This document shows, one piece after another, positions 39,251 through 50,135 of a DNA stretch of 64,000 nucleotides. The notes beneath the pieces are model-generated. The model saw only the letters and a program-made list of their open reading frames with translations. It searched no databases and had not been told where the DNA came from. Each line of letters begins with the position of its first letter. Positions within the stretch are counted from its first letter, which is position 1. The DNA is from an uncultured virus (IMG/VR IMGVR_UViG_3300030116_006303) (lineage: Duplodnaviria; Heunggongvirae; Uroviricota; Caudoviricetes). The position numbers and the translations under genes were made by a program. The stretch covers positions 1 through 64,000 of IMG/VR virus record IMGVR_UViG_3300030116_006303. One strand, 5' to 3'.

Positions 39251-39577
39251 ATGGGTAAAGTAGCTAACGTAGCACTGACTGACACATTTGATACTTGGAG
39301 GATAAGATCTAACCAAGGTTTCACAAACCTATTTGAGATTAATCCGACTGCTAATGTTGTAAGTGCGAACTCTATCTCAGTCGGCGGTAAAGTCACGGTA
39401 ACACCGTCGAACACAAACATTACAACGCATACTCATCTTCATGCTGCTAATACAAATATACGTGGAGGTACTCTTCTTGTAACCTCGAACACGAATATAA
39501 CTGGCACTCTACTAATCAACGGTACCGCTCCAGGTACCGATGATAACGCACTCGCTTTCGCAATCGCACTAGGATAG
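39251..39577 (+). CDS. Short fibre/adaptor structural protein
   Basis: TDTFDTWR..N fibre-attachment-like N-terminus; ALAFAIALG end. Confidence 0.65.
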   Translation: MGKVANVALTDTFDTWRIRSNQGFTNLFEINPTANVVSANSISVGGKVTVTPSNTNITTHTHLHAANTNIRGGTLLVTSNTNITGTLLINGTAPGTDDNALAFAIALG

Positions 39578-39582
39578 GATAA

Positions 39583-39915
39583 ATGGCTAACGTATTTGAA
39601 ACATTCGCATCCAGAAGTGTAGGCAATTCACTTACCGCTGTTGGCAGTCATACGGTCGCTGGAGGTACTACGGAGACTGTAATCGGACTGACAGTTTCTA
39701 ATATTACAGGATCGGCTGTAAATGTGACAGTTGCTTACAATGATGGAGCAAACGATACACGCATCGTTAAAGATGCACCAGTACCAGCTGGTGGCGCTCT
39801 CACGCCGATCGGAGGGGATCAAAAAATTGTCCTCACTGTCGGCGACTCAATTAAAGTGTCATCCAATACAGCTTCGTCGATTGACGCAGTAATGTCAGTC
39901 TTGCAGCAAACGTAA
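39583..39915 (+). CDS. Virion structural protein
   Basis: MAN.F start, VIGL.VSN, KIVL..GD.I.V pattern seen in phage fibre regions. Confidence 0.65.
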   Translation: MANVFETFASRSVGNSLTAVGSHTVAGGTTETVIGLTVSNITGSAVNVTVAYNDGANDTRIVKDAPVPAGGALTPIGGDQKIVLTVGDSIKVSSNTASSIDAVMSVLQQT

Positions 39916-39926
39916 GGAGAATTTAA

Positions 39927-40520
39927 ATGCCTTACATCGGTTCAAGTCCTCCAGCTGCTCCGGTCACATCTTTAGACATTACTGATGGATCGATTGCAAA
40001 CACTGATATGGATACAGCCTCAATCACCCCGCATGCACTTGCTACTGGAGCGGTGACTGCTGGTAAAATTGCAACTGGTGGTATATCTGCAAACACTCAA
40101 TTAGCAACTGGTGTAGTTACGGCTCATTCGACAGCAGCAGACATCGCTAAGACAGATGTACAACAGTCATTTAGTAGAGCGCAAAGGGGTACAATAAGTG
40201 ATTTAGGTGTTCGTAGTGCGGGTGCTAGTAATTTAACCGTGACCCTAGACATGCATACTGCAAATCACTTTAAGTTAGTAGCGAATGGTAACATCACTAT
40301 AGCGAATCCAACGAACATCACAGCGGGACAAGGTGGTAGCATCGTAATCACTTCAAATGGCAGCTTTACTACATCGTTCGGATCACAGTGGAGATTTAAA
40401 TCTGGCACAGCGCCGACTATGTCCACAGTTGCTGGCAAAGAAGATCGATTAGATTATTATGTAGCATCATCTAATACGATCCATACCATTGCGACGATTG
40501 ATCTCCTTGGTACCGCATAG
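39927..40520 (+). CDS. Fibre adaptor protein, module 1
   Basis: MPYIG start, AVT..KI repeats, C-terminal domain GNIT.ANP...GQ.G...FGS...GTAPT...D...Y. Confidence 0.7.
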   Translation: MPYIGSSPPAAPVTSLDITDGSIANTDMDTASITPHALATGAVTAGKIATGGISANTQLATGVVTAHSTAADIAKTDVQQSFSRAQRGTISDLGVRSAGASNLTVTLDMHTANHFKLVANGNITIANPTNITAGQGGSIVITSNGSFTTSFGSQWRFKSGTAPTMSTVAGKEDRLDYYVASSNTIHTIATIDLLGTA

Positions 40521-40531
40521 GAGACCCGATA

Positions 40532-43500
40532 ATGCCTTTATTCGGTGAAAGTAATCTACGGCAAGGATTTTCCAACGCTGGTGTAGCAGGATGGCACTCG
40601 CAATTCTCAGGAAATATTCCGAACTCTTGTTCATTTGACAAAGATGATAGTCAGTATTTACAGAGAACGACTTCGAGCCATAGCAACAATGAAGTTACAC
40701 TGGCTTGCTGGTTCCAAAATATAGATGAAGCTGATGGTAGAATGGGTGGTGGTAACACAGGGTTAATTTCTATCGGAGATGGTTCGGGAACCGGAAGTCC
40801 GAACAACGGTATATTTCTCGCTAGCGGTGTCGTTTATTTGTATGTAAACGGTCAGGGAGCAACTACTAATAAGGTATTAGGCGACCAAGGGTGGTATCAC
40901 ATAATCGCGAGTTTTAAACTGGATGAAGCGTCGGGTCCAAGAAAAGGTAGGCTTTTCATAAATGGTATAGAATATCACGATTGGAATGCTGACCCAAGAG
41001 CGAGTGGTTGGGGAACGACTTTTAATAATGTAACCAAACAATTTGTTGGTCTGCTAGCCAATACTACATCACCAGACGGGTACATCGCTCAGCCAGTATT
41101 CCTTGATGGTCAATCTATTCAAGGTGGTGATTGGACTGTTGATTCATTCCTCGATACTTATGCAGTTACACCTAATAGATCCGTTCGCACTCCAAAAAGT
41201 AATGACGATATCAAAACCTTGGTAGACGCAGCTCCATCCAATAATAGCGCATTCTTACCATTCACGAATGCTTCTGCTATGGGAAACGATGGTAGCACTC
41301 ACGGTAATAATTTTAGTCTGAATAACATATCTTCAGCGGATCAGTCAAGTCATACTCCAAGCCAAGTATACGTGCATTGGAACGGTAGGGCAAACTCGTT
41401 TACCGGAGATAACGTATTAGGAAATCCAGCTCAGGGTAGGATAGATGATCACGGCACGACGTTAAATGCAGACACACAGAGCTTGTCAGCAGATGTATCA
41501 GGGGTCGGTGATCTCTTTATCAATACCACAGACAACAGCGGAAAGTATTATCTTGAGTATCAGTTGGGAGGCAGTAGCTTTTCTGGATCATTTTATCTCG
41601 GATTTATCGGCGATCGAAATGCCGATCATCTAGGAGATGGCGGTCAGCTTACGCCAGCACAGTCTGGTTTTCAAGGACCAGAAACTACAGATATGATTAA
41701 ATTTTACGCTTCAAACGGTACTGTTGCTGGGCAGATGACGTACTTCATAGATTCCGCTAGTGGTGTTAATCTTACTTTAGCTTCCGGTGGCTCTTTCCCA
41801 AGAATTGTGAGTGCTTCTGATAGATTAGGTATACTCTACGACTTCGATAACAATCAAGTGGTTATGTACGATAAAGATGGCAATGCATCCACTCCTGTAT
41901 CATGGACTCCGGATTCACCAAGCATTTCTATATATGCTGTTGGTAACGGCATTAATGGTACGATCTTCACAGATTCTGCTGATTGGACACATAGTGTTGC
42001 TGACGTAAAAGAATGGAAATCAGAGAATATTTCTGCACCAACTTATAACGGTGTAGACTACTTCGATGCTATTACATACGAGGGTAATGGCGCTGGACAG
42101 AGAGTGGGTGACTTTGTACCCTACACAGATTTATACGCCGTGAATAATTCTATTATCTTTGATCCTGAAACAAAGAACCATCTTCAAAGAACTATGTCTG
42201 CGGCAGCAAGTGACTCTAATAAAAAATTTACTCTGAGTGCTTGGGCAAAACGAGTTAGTATATCGGACACGTATGCCTTTCCTCTTTTAGAAAGCAGCAA
42301 TGCCAATGGAGCAGACTTAACTGGCATACGACTCTATTCTCAGAGTAGTAGCGCCGGCGTCAACATGTATTTTCAGTTTATTGCACAAGGTTCTGGGGTT
42401 ACTGGGTCTGACGTTAATGTTGCTACTGTAGGATCGGCTGTCCAAACTTCATCTTGGCAACATTTTTTCATTCAAGTAGATACCACGCAATCAACTGCTT
42501 CGGATAGGGTAAAGCTGTATATTGATGGGGTACTGCAAGAAGTAGATAACACTTCCGGCAGCGCTGCCGCTTATCCAGATCAAGACGCTGTATTTTATCT
42601 GGGAGATAACGATTTCGTAACTCAGATCGGAAAGATACCATATGGCGCATTTTACAGTAGCATGTATATAGCCGAACATGCTTTTCTTACCGGAACCAAC
42701 TCAACAGGAAAAACCATATCTGATTTTGGAGCTGTGGATACTGCAACAAATAAATGGGTTCCAAAAGATATAAGTGGATTTACTTTTGGTCACAACGGAC
42801 ATTACTTAGAGTTTAAAGTTACTCCTGGAAGCAGTAATGGAGCCGGCACTGATACTTCTGGAAACGGCAATCACTTCGCAGAGGCTATAAATAACAGTGC
42901 ATCAGCTTGGTCGAGTTACACTTTCTATCAAACTGTAGATGCACCTACAAAAAATTATGCAACTTTAAGTCAAGTTATAGGACCTACACCAAGTCATTCC
43001 TCGGGCGGTGATGCTGATATGTCCGATGGAAACCTGCGGTTTACACTTACAGGTGGGACTAATAGTAATAGCTCAACACAAACTCCGTCAGAAGCATTTG
43101 CTATTCAAGAGGGGAAGTGGTACTTTGAGGTAGAGGCGGTTACACTTGGGCAGGCATGGAATCATGTCGGTCTTGTAGATGTCGATGACTACGCACAGAT
43201 AGGTTCATCTTCCACTATATCAGATGCAATACAGGGTCAGTGGGCATACTCAATAAATAATGCGTCAACATCACCTGACGGCATCATAGAGGATGGAAAT
43301 TTTCTATACGATACATCTGGTGCTGCTGAAAGTCCGTTCAATGGAATCTCGAATCATAAAGTCGATACAGGTGATGTGCTAGGAGTGCACATTGAGAGAA
43401 CTGGAAATACATACAAGATGTGGTTTTCGAGAAACGGAACCCACTATTTACGCAACACCACGCAGCAACCCATTATAGAATTTGGTACACGTGGTCGAGT

Positions 43501-44701
43501 AGTGCCGTTCACAAGATCTACAAACGGTACTGGTAATAGAGAGCTTCACTTCAACTTTGGTCAGCAGTTAGTGTTTGATGGATCGTCTACTACCTTTAAT
43601 GCTGCATCCGATGGGTATTGGAAAAATGCTCCTGCATCCGGATATAAAGCACTCAACCAAGATAATCTAGACTCTACGGCATCTAAACTTACAGCATTCG
43701 CATGGATTAAGAATAGAGATGCTACTGACTCACACATATTAGTCGACAGACTACGGGGTGTCGGTAAAACTGTAAATTCAAATGATGAATCTATTGAAGC
43801 TTCAGAACCTGATACTGTACAGAGGTTTCTACAAAGAGGTGTGCAAATTGGTAATGATGTTCAAGTAAATACCGACCGAGAAAGCTACGTTATGTGGCAG
43901 TGGTTATCGGGTGAGACCGCCGGAACGGGCAGCGTTACGAGTCCAGCTGGTGGAATATCAAGTAACACGATTGTTTCGACTCCAGGGAATTTCTCAGTTG
44001 GAACTTATAGAGGTACAGGAAGCACCAACACGGTGGGTCACGGTCTTGGTGGCGCACCGGAATTAATCTTTATCAAAAATAGATCGAGCGGATCTACATC
44101 AACATCGGATTGGGTTGTAGGAACTCAATATTCAATCTTCGAGCACGACGGTAGCACCCCTTGGAACAATTACGGACATCTTGATACGACTGGTGGTTTT
44201 GTACCTGCTACTACTAAGTGGAATGATACTGCACCCAATGCGAATACTTTTACAATCGGGACTCATAATCGTGTAAACAAGTCTAATGATGACTATGTTT
44301 TCTATGCTTTCCGTAGTGTACCAGGTGTATGTAAGATTGGCAATTATCTAGGTAATCATACTGGACAACCGGGACCAGCAGCCTACATCAACTGTGGTTT
44401 CACGCCTCGTATGGTTATGGTGAAAAATCTCACCAACTCAGGAGACGGTTGGATCGTATTCGATACGGCACGGCATCCGTTTAATGTTACCTCGGGACTT
44501 TACTGGAACGCTACGACCGAAGAATCAAGTATCACAACATCAGTTGGTACTATAGATATTCTTGCCAATGGTTTTAAGATACAGGCTTCTACTAGCGGAT
44601 CGAACATACATACCCTCAACGAGTCAAACAATGTTTACTTGTATTTTGCAATGGCTGATATAGGTGGTAATGGAGATTTACCTCCACTCTATGGCAGATA
44701 G
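40532..44701 (+). CDS. Putative receptor-binding fibre 1 (two LamG + SPRY-like units, C-terminal repeat domain)
   Basis: WYHI/WQH..LYI.G LamG motifs, GK(W/Y)Y.E SPRY motifs, GHGLG.APE..IKNR, ends PPLYGR. Confidence 0.75.
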   Translation: MPLFGESNLRQGFSNAGVAGWHSQFSGNIPNSCSFDKDDSQYLQRTTSSHSNNEVTLACWFQNIDEADGRMGGGNTGLISIGDGSGTGSPNNGIFLASGVVYLYVNGQGATTNKVLGDQGWYHIIASFKLDEASGPRKGRLFINGIEYHDWNADPRASGWGTTFNNVTKQFVGLLANTTSPDGYIAQPVFLDGQSIQGGDWTVDSFLDTYAVTPNRSVRTPKSNDDIKTLVDAAPSNNSAFLPFTNASAMGNDGSTHGNNFSLNNISSADQSSHTPSQVYVHWNGRANSFTGDNVLGNPAQGRIDDHGTTLNADTQSLSADVSGVGDLFINTTDNSGKYYLEYQLGGSSFSGSFYLGFIGDRNADHLGDGGQLTPAQSGFQGPETTDMIKFYASNGTVAGQMTYFIDSASGVNLTLASGGSFPRIVSASDRLGILYDFDNNQVVMYDKDGNASTPVSWTPDSPSISIYAVGNGINGTIFTDSADWTHSVADVKEWKSENISAPTYNGVDYFDAITYEGNGAGQRVGDFVPYTDLYAVNNSIIFDPETKNHLQRTMSAAASDSNKKFTLSAWAKRVSISDTYAFPLLESSNANGADLTGIRLYSQSSSAGVNMYFQFIAQGSGVTGSDVNVATVGSAVQTSSWQHFFIQVDTTQSTASDRVKLYIDGVLQEVDNTSGSAAAYPDQDAVFYLGDNDFVTQIGKIPYGAFYSSMYIAEHAFLTGTNSTGKTISDFGAVDTATNKWVPKDISGFTFGHNGHYLEFKVTPGSSNGAGTDTSGNGNHFAEAINNSASAWSSYTFYQTVDAPTKNYATLSQVIGPTPSHSSGGDADMSDGNLRFTLTGGTNSNSSTQTPSEAFAIQEGKWYFEVEAVTLGQAWNHVGLVDVDDYAQIGSSSTISDAIQGQWAYSINNASTSPDGIIEDGNFLYDTSGAAESPFNGISNHKVDTGDVLGVHIERTGNTYKMWFSRNGTHYLRNTTQQPIIEFGTRGRVVPFTRSTNGTGNRELHFNFGQQLVFDGSSTTFNAASDGYWKNAPASGYKALNQDNLDSTASKLTAFAWIKNRDATDSHILVDRLRGVGKTVNSNDESIEASEPDTVQRFLQRGVQIGNDVQVNTDRESYVMWQWLSGETAGTGSVTSPAGGISSNTIVSTPGNFSVGTYRGTGSTNTVGHGLGGAPELIFIKNRSSGSTSTSDWVVGTQYSIFEHDGSTPWNNYGHLDTTGGFVPATTKWNDTAPNANTFTIGTHNRVNKSNDDYVFYAFRSVPGVCKIGNYLGNHTGQPGPAAYINCGFTPRMVMVKNLTNSGDGWIVFDTARHPFNVTSGLYWNATTEESSITTSVGTIDILANGFKIQASTSGSNIHTLNESNNVYLYFAMADIGGNGDLPPLYGR

Positions 44702-44715
44702 GTTTATAAATAAAC
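44688..44715 (+). repeat. 28-nt direct repeat copy 1 (gene end + late promoter)
   Basis: TCTATGGCAGATAGGTTTATAAATAAAC; copy 2 at 49453-49480 differs at one base; contains TATAAATA. Confidence 0.85.
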
Positions 44716-44738
44716 AAAAGAAATAAAGGTTTAATGAA

Positions 44739-45539
44739 ATGCCCTACATTGGAAGAAGCCCACAGATTGGTAATTATAGGAAGTTAGATAGCATAGCAGC
44801 TAGCTTTAATACTTCTTTAACGACCTTCAACCTGACCATATCGGGCGATGCTTTTACTCCTGGAGTTTCTACGCAGTTAATTATTTCTATCGCAGGTGTT
44901 ATTCAAGAACCAGAGACGGCATATACCGTATCCGGATCTACAATTACGTTCACATCTGCTCCTGCCACCGGAGCTAGTTTCTATGGCATCGTGCTCGGTG
45001 ACACGCTTGACTTAGGGACACCATCTGATAATACGGTTAGTGCCGCTAAACTTACATCGGGTGCGGTTATCGCTGGAAAGATTGGTAGTGGTGCGGTTCA
45101 AGCTGGTCAAATCGCTACTGGCGGTATCAGCGCTAACACAAACTTCGCTACGGGTGTTGTTACGGGGCATGCTATAGCACCATCGGCGAACGTTGCTTTC
45201 GCCAATAGAAGTCAAAAGTTTACAGAAGCACAGTTCGGTAATACTCATATTGTATCAACAGGGGCTGCTGTCCTTAGACCAGCTATGGGAAATGCTAACT
45301 TCCTTCAGTTTACAATCAGCGGTAACATAACACTTGCCAATCCAACCACACAGAATGTTGGTCAAACGGGTGCGATAACTATTGTTAATGGTGGATCTCA
45401 TACGGTATCATTTGGCAGTGACTTTAAATTTGCAGCTGGTGCCGCTCCCACGATTACAGCTAGCGGAACTGATGTTTTATCTTACTACATAAGGTCAGCG
45501 AACAACATTGTAATTGATGCGCTCCAAGCAATATCTTAA
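44739..45539 (+). CDS. Fibre adaptor protein, module 2
   Basis: MPYIG start, GVIQEP..AY.VSGS.ITF..AP domain, same C-terminal domain as 39927. Confidence 0.72.
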   Translation: MPYIGRSPQIGNYRKLDSIAASFNTSLTTFNLTISGDAFTPGVSTQLIISIAGVIQEPETAYTVSGSTITFTSAPATGASFYGIVLGDTLDLGTPSDNTVSAAKLTSGAVIAGKIGSGAVQAGQIATGGISANTNFATGVVTGHAIAPSANVAFANRSQKFTEAQFGNTHIVSTGAAVLRPAMGNANFLQFTISGNITLANPTTQNVGQTGAITIVNGGSHTVSFGSDFKFAAGAAPTITASGTDVLSYYIRSANNIVIDALQAIS

Positions 45540-45551
45540 GGAGTTTACTAT

Positions 45552-48500
45552 ATGATACCCGGTACCCTTGGACACGCTACGATACGAAAAACTCGTGGTC
45601 TGCACTGGCATAATCAAAAGATTGACAACATAGAACAATCGATGTGGTTCGATGGTAGTTCTCAATACTTAACAAGAACACCCAGCGCTGGAAACCGTAC
45701 AAGATGGACACTCGCTTGGTGGTTTAAGTTAAACGCTATCTCAACTGAGTTTACATTTTTCTCAGCAAACACAGGTACCAATGAATTTCAGGTCCTCATG
45801 GACCCTGACATGATTAAGGTCTTCGATGATAATGCTTCACTAAATGTCTTCACACCTAAATTGAGAGATATTGGATGGTATCACTGTATCATAAGTTTGG
45901 ATACAGCTCAGACCAATGAAATAGAACGCATTCAGATTTATATCAATGGAGTTAAACAAGATATTGATACAGGAACAGCCGCATATCCGTCGAGTAGCGG
46001 TGAGACCTTTTGGAATAATAACCAAGCGAATGAAATAGGTAGGCGTTCCAGAACATCTAGTAATTATGCAAAAGCATATATGGCTCAAGTCGTTTTCTTG
46101 AACGGAGATAGTATTCAAAACGGCGATTGCACTGTATCTGATTTTCTTGATACTTGGCCATTCGGTGATAACGGTAGTCAGTTTGTTCCGAAGAAAACAA
46201 GCGATCTTACTACACTCGCGAGCAACGCAGGTGGTAATAGTTTCTGCCTTGATTTTGCCGATTCATCAGCTTTAGGCAATGATGTTAGTTCTAATAACAA
46301 TGATTTTTCAGATGCCGGTTCTCCAGGCGCAGCAAACCAAACATCAAATACTCCGAGTAGAGAGTATGCAACATTCAATACACTGGTAAAATCTCAAAAC
46401 GGATTTACTCTCACAAATGGAAATACCAAAGCTAATCTTCCTTCGGGTGGTGGGTTTATTCCACTCACACAGTTAGTGCAGGGAAATGAAAAGGTATATG
46501 TAGAGTTTGTTGCAGACGATGCTAACAATGGTAACTGGAGTATCGGTGTTGCCGATCCTAGCGTTGATCAGGATGCAGCAGTCAGACAGAGTGGAATCAT
46601 AGCATGGGAAAGTGATGGAGATAAGTATGTAGATGCATCACAAACCGCAACTGATGTTCGTGCCTGGACTGACGGTGCCGTGATGGCACTCGCTCTTGAT
46701 ATGGAAAATCGAAAGTTATGGATACGTGATTCTACCGGATGGCAGGGTAGTGGAGGTTCGGATGATCCTACAAATAGTAGCACGGGTGTTGCACTGCCCT
46801 CTTCAATAGGTAATCAAGCTGTGATTATATTTGGTAATTCAGCCGGATCATTCGATCAAGATTGCGAATTAAAAACGGAAGCTAATTCAGCACTCACTTA
46901 TGCAATACCAGCGGGATTTAAAACACTCAGCACAAAAGATGGTACTGAACCTGAATATCAAGGTATAGATTACTTTGATTCTACGCTATACGAGGGCAAC
47001 GGTGCTGGACAGCGAGTTGGTGACTTTGTACCATTTACTGATGCTTATACCGTAACAAATTCAGTGATATTCGATGATGGAGATAGCAGATCACTCACAC
47101 TAAATTCTTCTGCGACTAGAACCTCTGCAACAGTTGCTGCTTATAGTATCTGGGTAAAGAGAGGAAATATAGTAAATGGAGGAACTGTACAGCGTCCTTT
47201 GACTGTTCAAGTCGATGGCAATAACTACTTCGGTATTCACTATAATGCGAGCGACCAACTCGATTTTACAATTAATAATGGTGGTGCTACGATTCTTCAA
47301 AGAATCACAAATAGAGTATTTGAAGATACAGCTTCTTGGCACAACATAGTTGTTATTATCAATCAAGCAGATGGCACTCAAGCAGACAGAGTAAAAATAT
47401 TCTATGATGGTGTGCAGATTCCTAATACATCAGTGGGGTTTGGTACTAATACCTGCAGTCTTGATGGATCATCGGCTCTAAACTTTCTCGATAACTCAAG
47501 TTCAGTAGTCGATATAGGTGGTGGTTCAAGTAGTGGTTTTTCTCAGCCTTTTGATGGTTACATAGCCGAAGTTGTTTATCTCGATGGCGCAGATAGTGGT
47601 GGTAAATTGGATGCTTCTCACTTTGGTCAAGTAGATACAAGCACGAATCGTTGGGTAGCTAAAGATCCCGGTAGCTATACTTTCGGTAATACAGGATATT
47701 ACCTTGAGTTTAAAGTTGCTCCTGGAACTAGTAATGGTGCTGGCACAGATACATCCGGAGGAAGCAATCACTTCACTTCTAATGGAGCATGGGCAACCAC
47801 GGACCAATCCAATGATGCACCATCGAACAACTTGGCTGTTCTTGATAGCGCTGATACGATAGGTAGTGCCACTCCAGCATTGAGTCAAGGCAATCTAACG
47901 TACACTGGCGCTGATAACGGTGGTAGGTACGTTTCAGGATTTCCTTTAACGTCTGGTAAATGGTATTGGGAGTTAGAACTTACTACAGCAGCGGCATTTT
48001 ATCCAGGATTCTTTACGCCAGCTGGTGTTGCATTTTCTTCAACAACGCCATGGAATAGCAACTCAGGTTCATTCTTGATAGCACCTGCCGAGGGTCACTG
48101 GCTCGGTGCAGATGGTGATGGCACAAAGATTCTGTATAGTGCAGCGAGCGGAGCCTCTCCAAGTGGCGGTCCTGGAGCATTTATCGCAAACGGAGACCGA
48201 ATGTTCTTTGCATACGATGCTGATAACAAGTATGCTTATGTGGGTGAGGTTGGATCCGGAGGAAGCGGTTCTACACTCACATATTATGGCAGGAGTGGTT
48301 CGGTAACGGGTGATCCTACATCTGGTGAAGCCGGAACTGGTGCGGCACCGTTTGGGTTGCATCTAACCGGAGAAGATACTTTCTATTTCGGTGCAGTCAG
48401 TGGTGGCTCTAGTAACTCTGTAAACTTTTTATTCGATTCTACAAAATGGAACGGTACGCCACCAACGGGTTATAAGGCACTTACTCAAGATAATAAAGAT

Positions 48501-49466
48501 GGTGCTGATGATAAGATCACTGCTTGGTCGTGGATCAAGAATAGGGATGATAGTGATAATCACAATTTAGTAGATCGTGTGAGAGGCGTTCAAAAAAGTT
48601 TAAGTTTCAATAACACGAGTGTAGAAGTTGATGGTCAAAATGGTGTACAGCGGTTTTTACAACGAGGCGTGCAGGTTGGCAGTGGTGGAGAAGAAAACAC
48701 TGTTAATGAAAGCCATGTTCTATGGCAGTGGCTCGTTGGATCCAGTGCAACAACCACTACACCAAGTGGTGGATCAATAGCGAGCACCGTGGCTGCTGCT
48801 GATGCGGGACATTTTTCTGTCGTAGGATTTACAGGTGCTACTGGAGTGCAAACAGTCGCCCACGGTATGGGTGGTGCACCAGAGATGATGATATTCATTA
48901 ACAGAGAGCAGAATGGTGCTAACAGAACTGTTTATCATAAAGAGATAGGAGCGACTAACTACATTTTATTAAGTAGCACTGCTGCTAAACCAGGCTCTGG
49001 CAATTCAAACTATTTCAATGATGCAGAACCTAATTCTACGGTCTTTACGATTGGTTCTGGAGCAACACCAGATACTAACGGAAACGGACAGGGTATGATT
49101 GTTTATTGTTTCCGTTCAGTTCCCGGTGTATGTAGCGTAGGAAGCTATGAAGGAAATAATGCTGCCGATGGAACTTTTGTAAATCTAGGCTTTAAACCTG
49201 CTTGGGTTATGACCAAGACTATTGATGCAACTGGTGCATGGGGAATTCTGGACAATAAAAGAGATATAGATAATCCAGTGCAACAAAGACTTTTTGGTAA
49301 TGCAAATTCAGCAGAAGATACAGATGGCGAACAGATGGATTTCTTATCAAATGGGTTTAAGCTCAGAAAAACTGGCGGCTTCAATAATAGCAACCAAACC
49401 TACATCTACCTAGCGATGGCAGAAATAGCTCCGAATGGAGCCTATCCACCGATCTATGGTAGATAG
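45552..49466 (+). CDS. Putative receptor-binding fibre 2 (LamG/SPRY)
   Basis: Paralogous to 40532; ends PPIYGR. Confidence 0.75.
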   Translation: MIPGTLGHATIRKTRGLHWHNQKIDNIEQSMWFDGSSQYLTRTPSAGNRTRWTLAWWFKLNAISTEFTFFSANTGTNEFQVLMDPDMIKVFDDNASLNVFTPKLRDIGWYHCIISLDTAQTNEIERIQIYINGVKQDIDTGTAAYPSSSGETFWNNNQANEIGRRSRTSSNYAKAYMAQVVFLNGDSIQNGDCTVSDFLDTWPFGDNGSQFVPKKTSDLTTLASNAGGNSFCLDFADSSALGNDVSSNNNDFSDAGSPGAANQTSNTPSREYATFNTLVKSQNGFTLTNGNTKANLPSGGGFIPLTQLVQGNEKVYVEFVADDANNGNWSIGVADPSVDQDAAVRQSGIIAWESDGDKYVDASQTATDVRAWTDGAVMALALDMENRKLWIRDSTGWQGSGGSDDPTNSSTGVALPSSIGNQAVIIFGNSAGSFDQDCELKTEANSALTYAIPAGFKTLSTKDGTEPEYQGIDYFDSTLYEGNGAGQRVGDFVPFTDAYTVTNSVIFDDGDSRSLTLNSSATRTSATVAAYSIWVKRGNIVNGGTVQRPLTVQVDGNNYFGIHYNASDQLDFTINNGGATILQRITNRVFEDTASWHNIVVIINQADGTQADRVKIFYDGVQIPNTSVGFGTNTCSLDGSSALNFLDNSSSVVDIGGGSSSGFSQPFDGYIAEVVYLDGADSGGKLDASHFGQVDTSTNRWVAKDPGSYTFGNTGYYLEFKVAPGTSNGAGTDTSGGSNHFTSNGAWATTDQSNDAPSNNLAVLDSADTIGSATPALSQGNLTYTGADNGGRYVSGFPLTSGKWYWELELTTAAAFYPGFFTPAGVAFSSTTPWNSNSGSFLIAPAEGHWLGADGDGTKILYSAASGASPSGGPGAFIANGDRMFFAYDADNKYAYVGEVGSGGSGSTLTYYGRSGSVTGDPTSGEAGTGAAPFGLHLTGEDTFYFGAVSGGSSNSVNFLFDSTKWNGTPPTGYKALTQDNKDGADDKITAWSWIKNRDDSDNHNLVDRVRGVQKSLSFNNTSVEVDGQNGVQRFLQRGVQVGSGGEENTVNESHVLWQWLVGSSATTTTPSGGSIASTVAAADAGHFSVVGFTGATGVQTVAHGMGGAPEMMIFINREQNGANRTVYHKEIGATNYILLSSTAAKPGSGNSNYFNDAEPNSTVFTIGSGATPDTNGNGQGMIVYCFRSVPGVCSVGSYEGNNAADGTFVNLGFKPAWVMTKTIDATGAWGILDNKRDIDNPVQQRLFGNANSAEDTDGEQMDFLSNGFKLRKTGGFNNSNQTYIYLAMAEIAPNGAYPPIYGR

Positions 49467-49480
49467 GTTTATAAATAAAC
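49453..49480 (+). repeat. 28-nt direct repeat copy 2 (gene end + late promoter)
   Basis: TCTATGGTAGATAGGTTTATAAATAAAC. Confidence 0.85.
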
Positions 49481-49531
49481 TAAACGAGTGAAATACTACA
49501 TGATGTTGCTCAAACAGAGGAGGAATATAAA

Positions 49532-50125
49532 ATGTGGGCAATGGTAAAAGCAGGTCAGGTAACAGCGATTTATCCACGACCAAAAGCATTGACAATCGAT
49601 GGTGTTCAACATCCAGCTGCTATCTTTACAGCTTGGACAAAGGATCAGAAGAAAGCTATCGGTATCTACGACTATAGCGAAGTTAATGCACAACCAAATA
49701 ATCGTTACTACAAACAGGGAACGTCTGAAACCGTAGTTGATGATTCGGCTGGAACGGTTGTAAAGACATGGACACCTGCCGCTAAAAATCTTGCTGATAC
49801 AGGAAGCAAGGGCGATGATAACTATGCGCCTGGTGTAAAAACTAATGAGAAGAATATGGTCAAGAGTACAGCGGCAAGTCTCCTAGAAGCATCTGACTGG
49901 ATGGCGATTCGTGCAGCCGAGGGTGGAACAGCCGTTCCATCTGCAGTTGCTACATATCGTGCAGCGGTTCGCACTAAGTCTAATTCTATGGAAACTGCAA
50001 TCGATAACGCATCGGACTTAGCAGCGGTTATTGCCCTCGATACGACCACATATCACGCTAACGGTGATATCAACGTGGTAGCTACACTGCAGGATTGGCC
50101 AGAAGTACCAGACGCACTCAAGTAA
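49532..50125 (+). CDS. Tail fibre assembly chaperone-like protein
   Basis: LL..SDW...R....YR.A.R...WP pattern; GGAGG SD. Confidence 0.65.
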   Translation: MWAMVKAGQVTAIYPRPKALTIDGVQHPAAIFTAWTKDQKKAIGIYDYSEVNAQPNNRYYKQGTSETVVDDSAGTVVKTWTPAAKNLADTGSKGDDNYAPGVKTNEKNMVKSTAASLLEASDWMAIRAAEGGTAVPSAVATYRAAVRTKSNSMETAIDNASDLAAVIALDTTTYHANGDINVVATLQDWPEVPDALK

Positions 50126-50135
50126 GGAAAGATAA

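Noticed and set aside
45537..45554. Stop-codon readthrough fusing adaptor 2 to fibre 2 (in frame)
   Set aside because: The spacer holds a normal SD (TAAGGAG), and the equivalent junctions in modules 1 and 3 are out of frame
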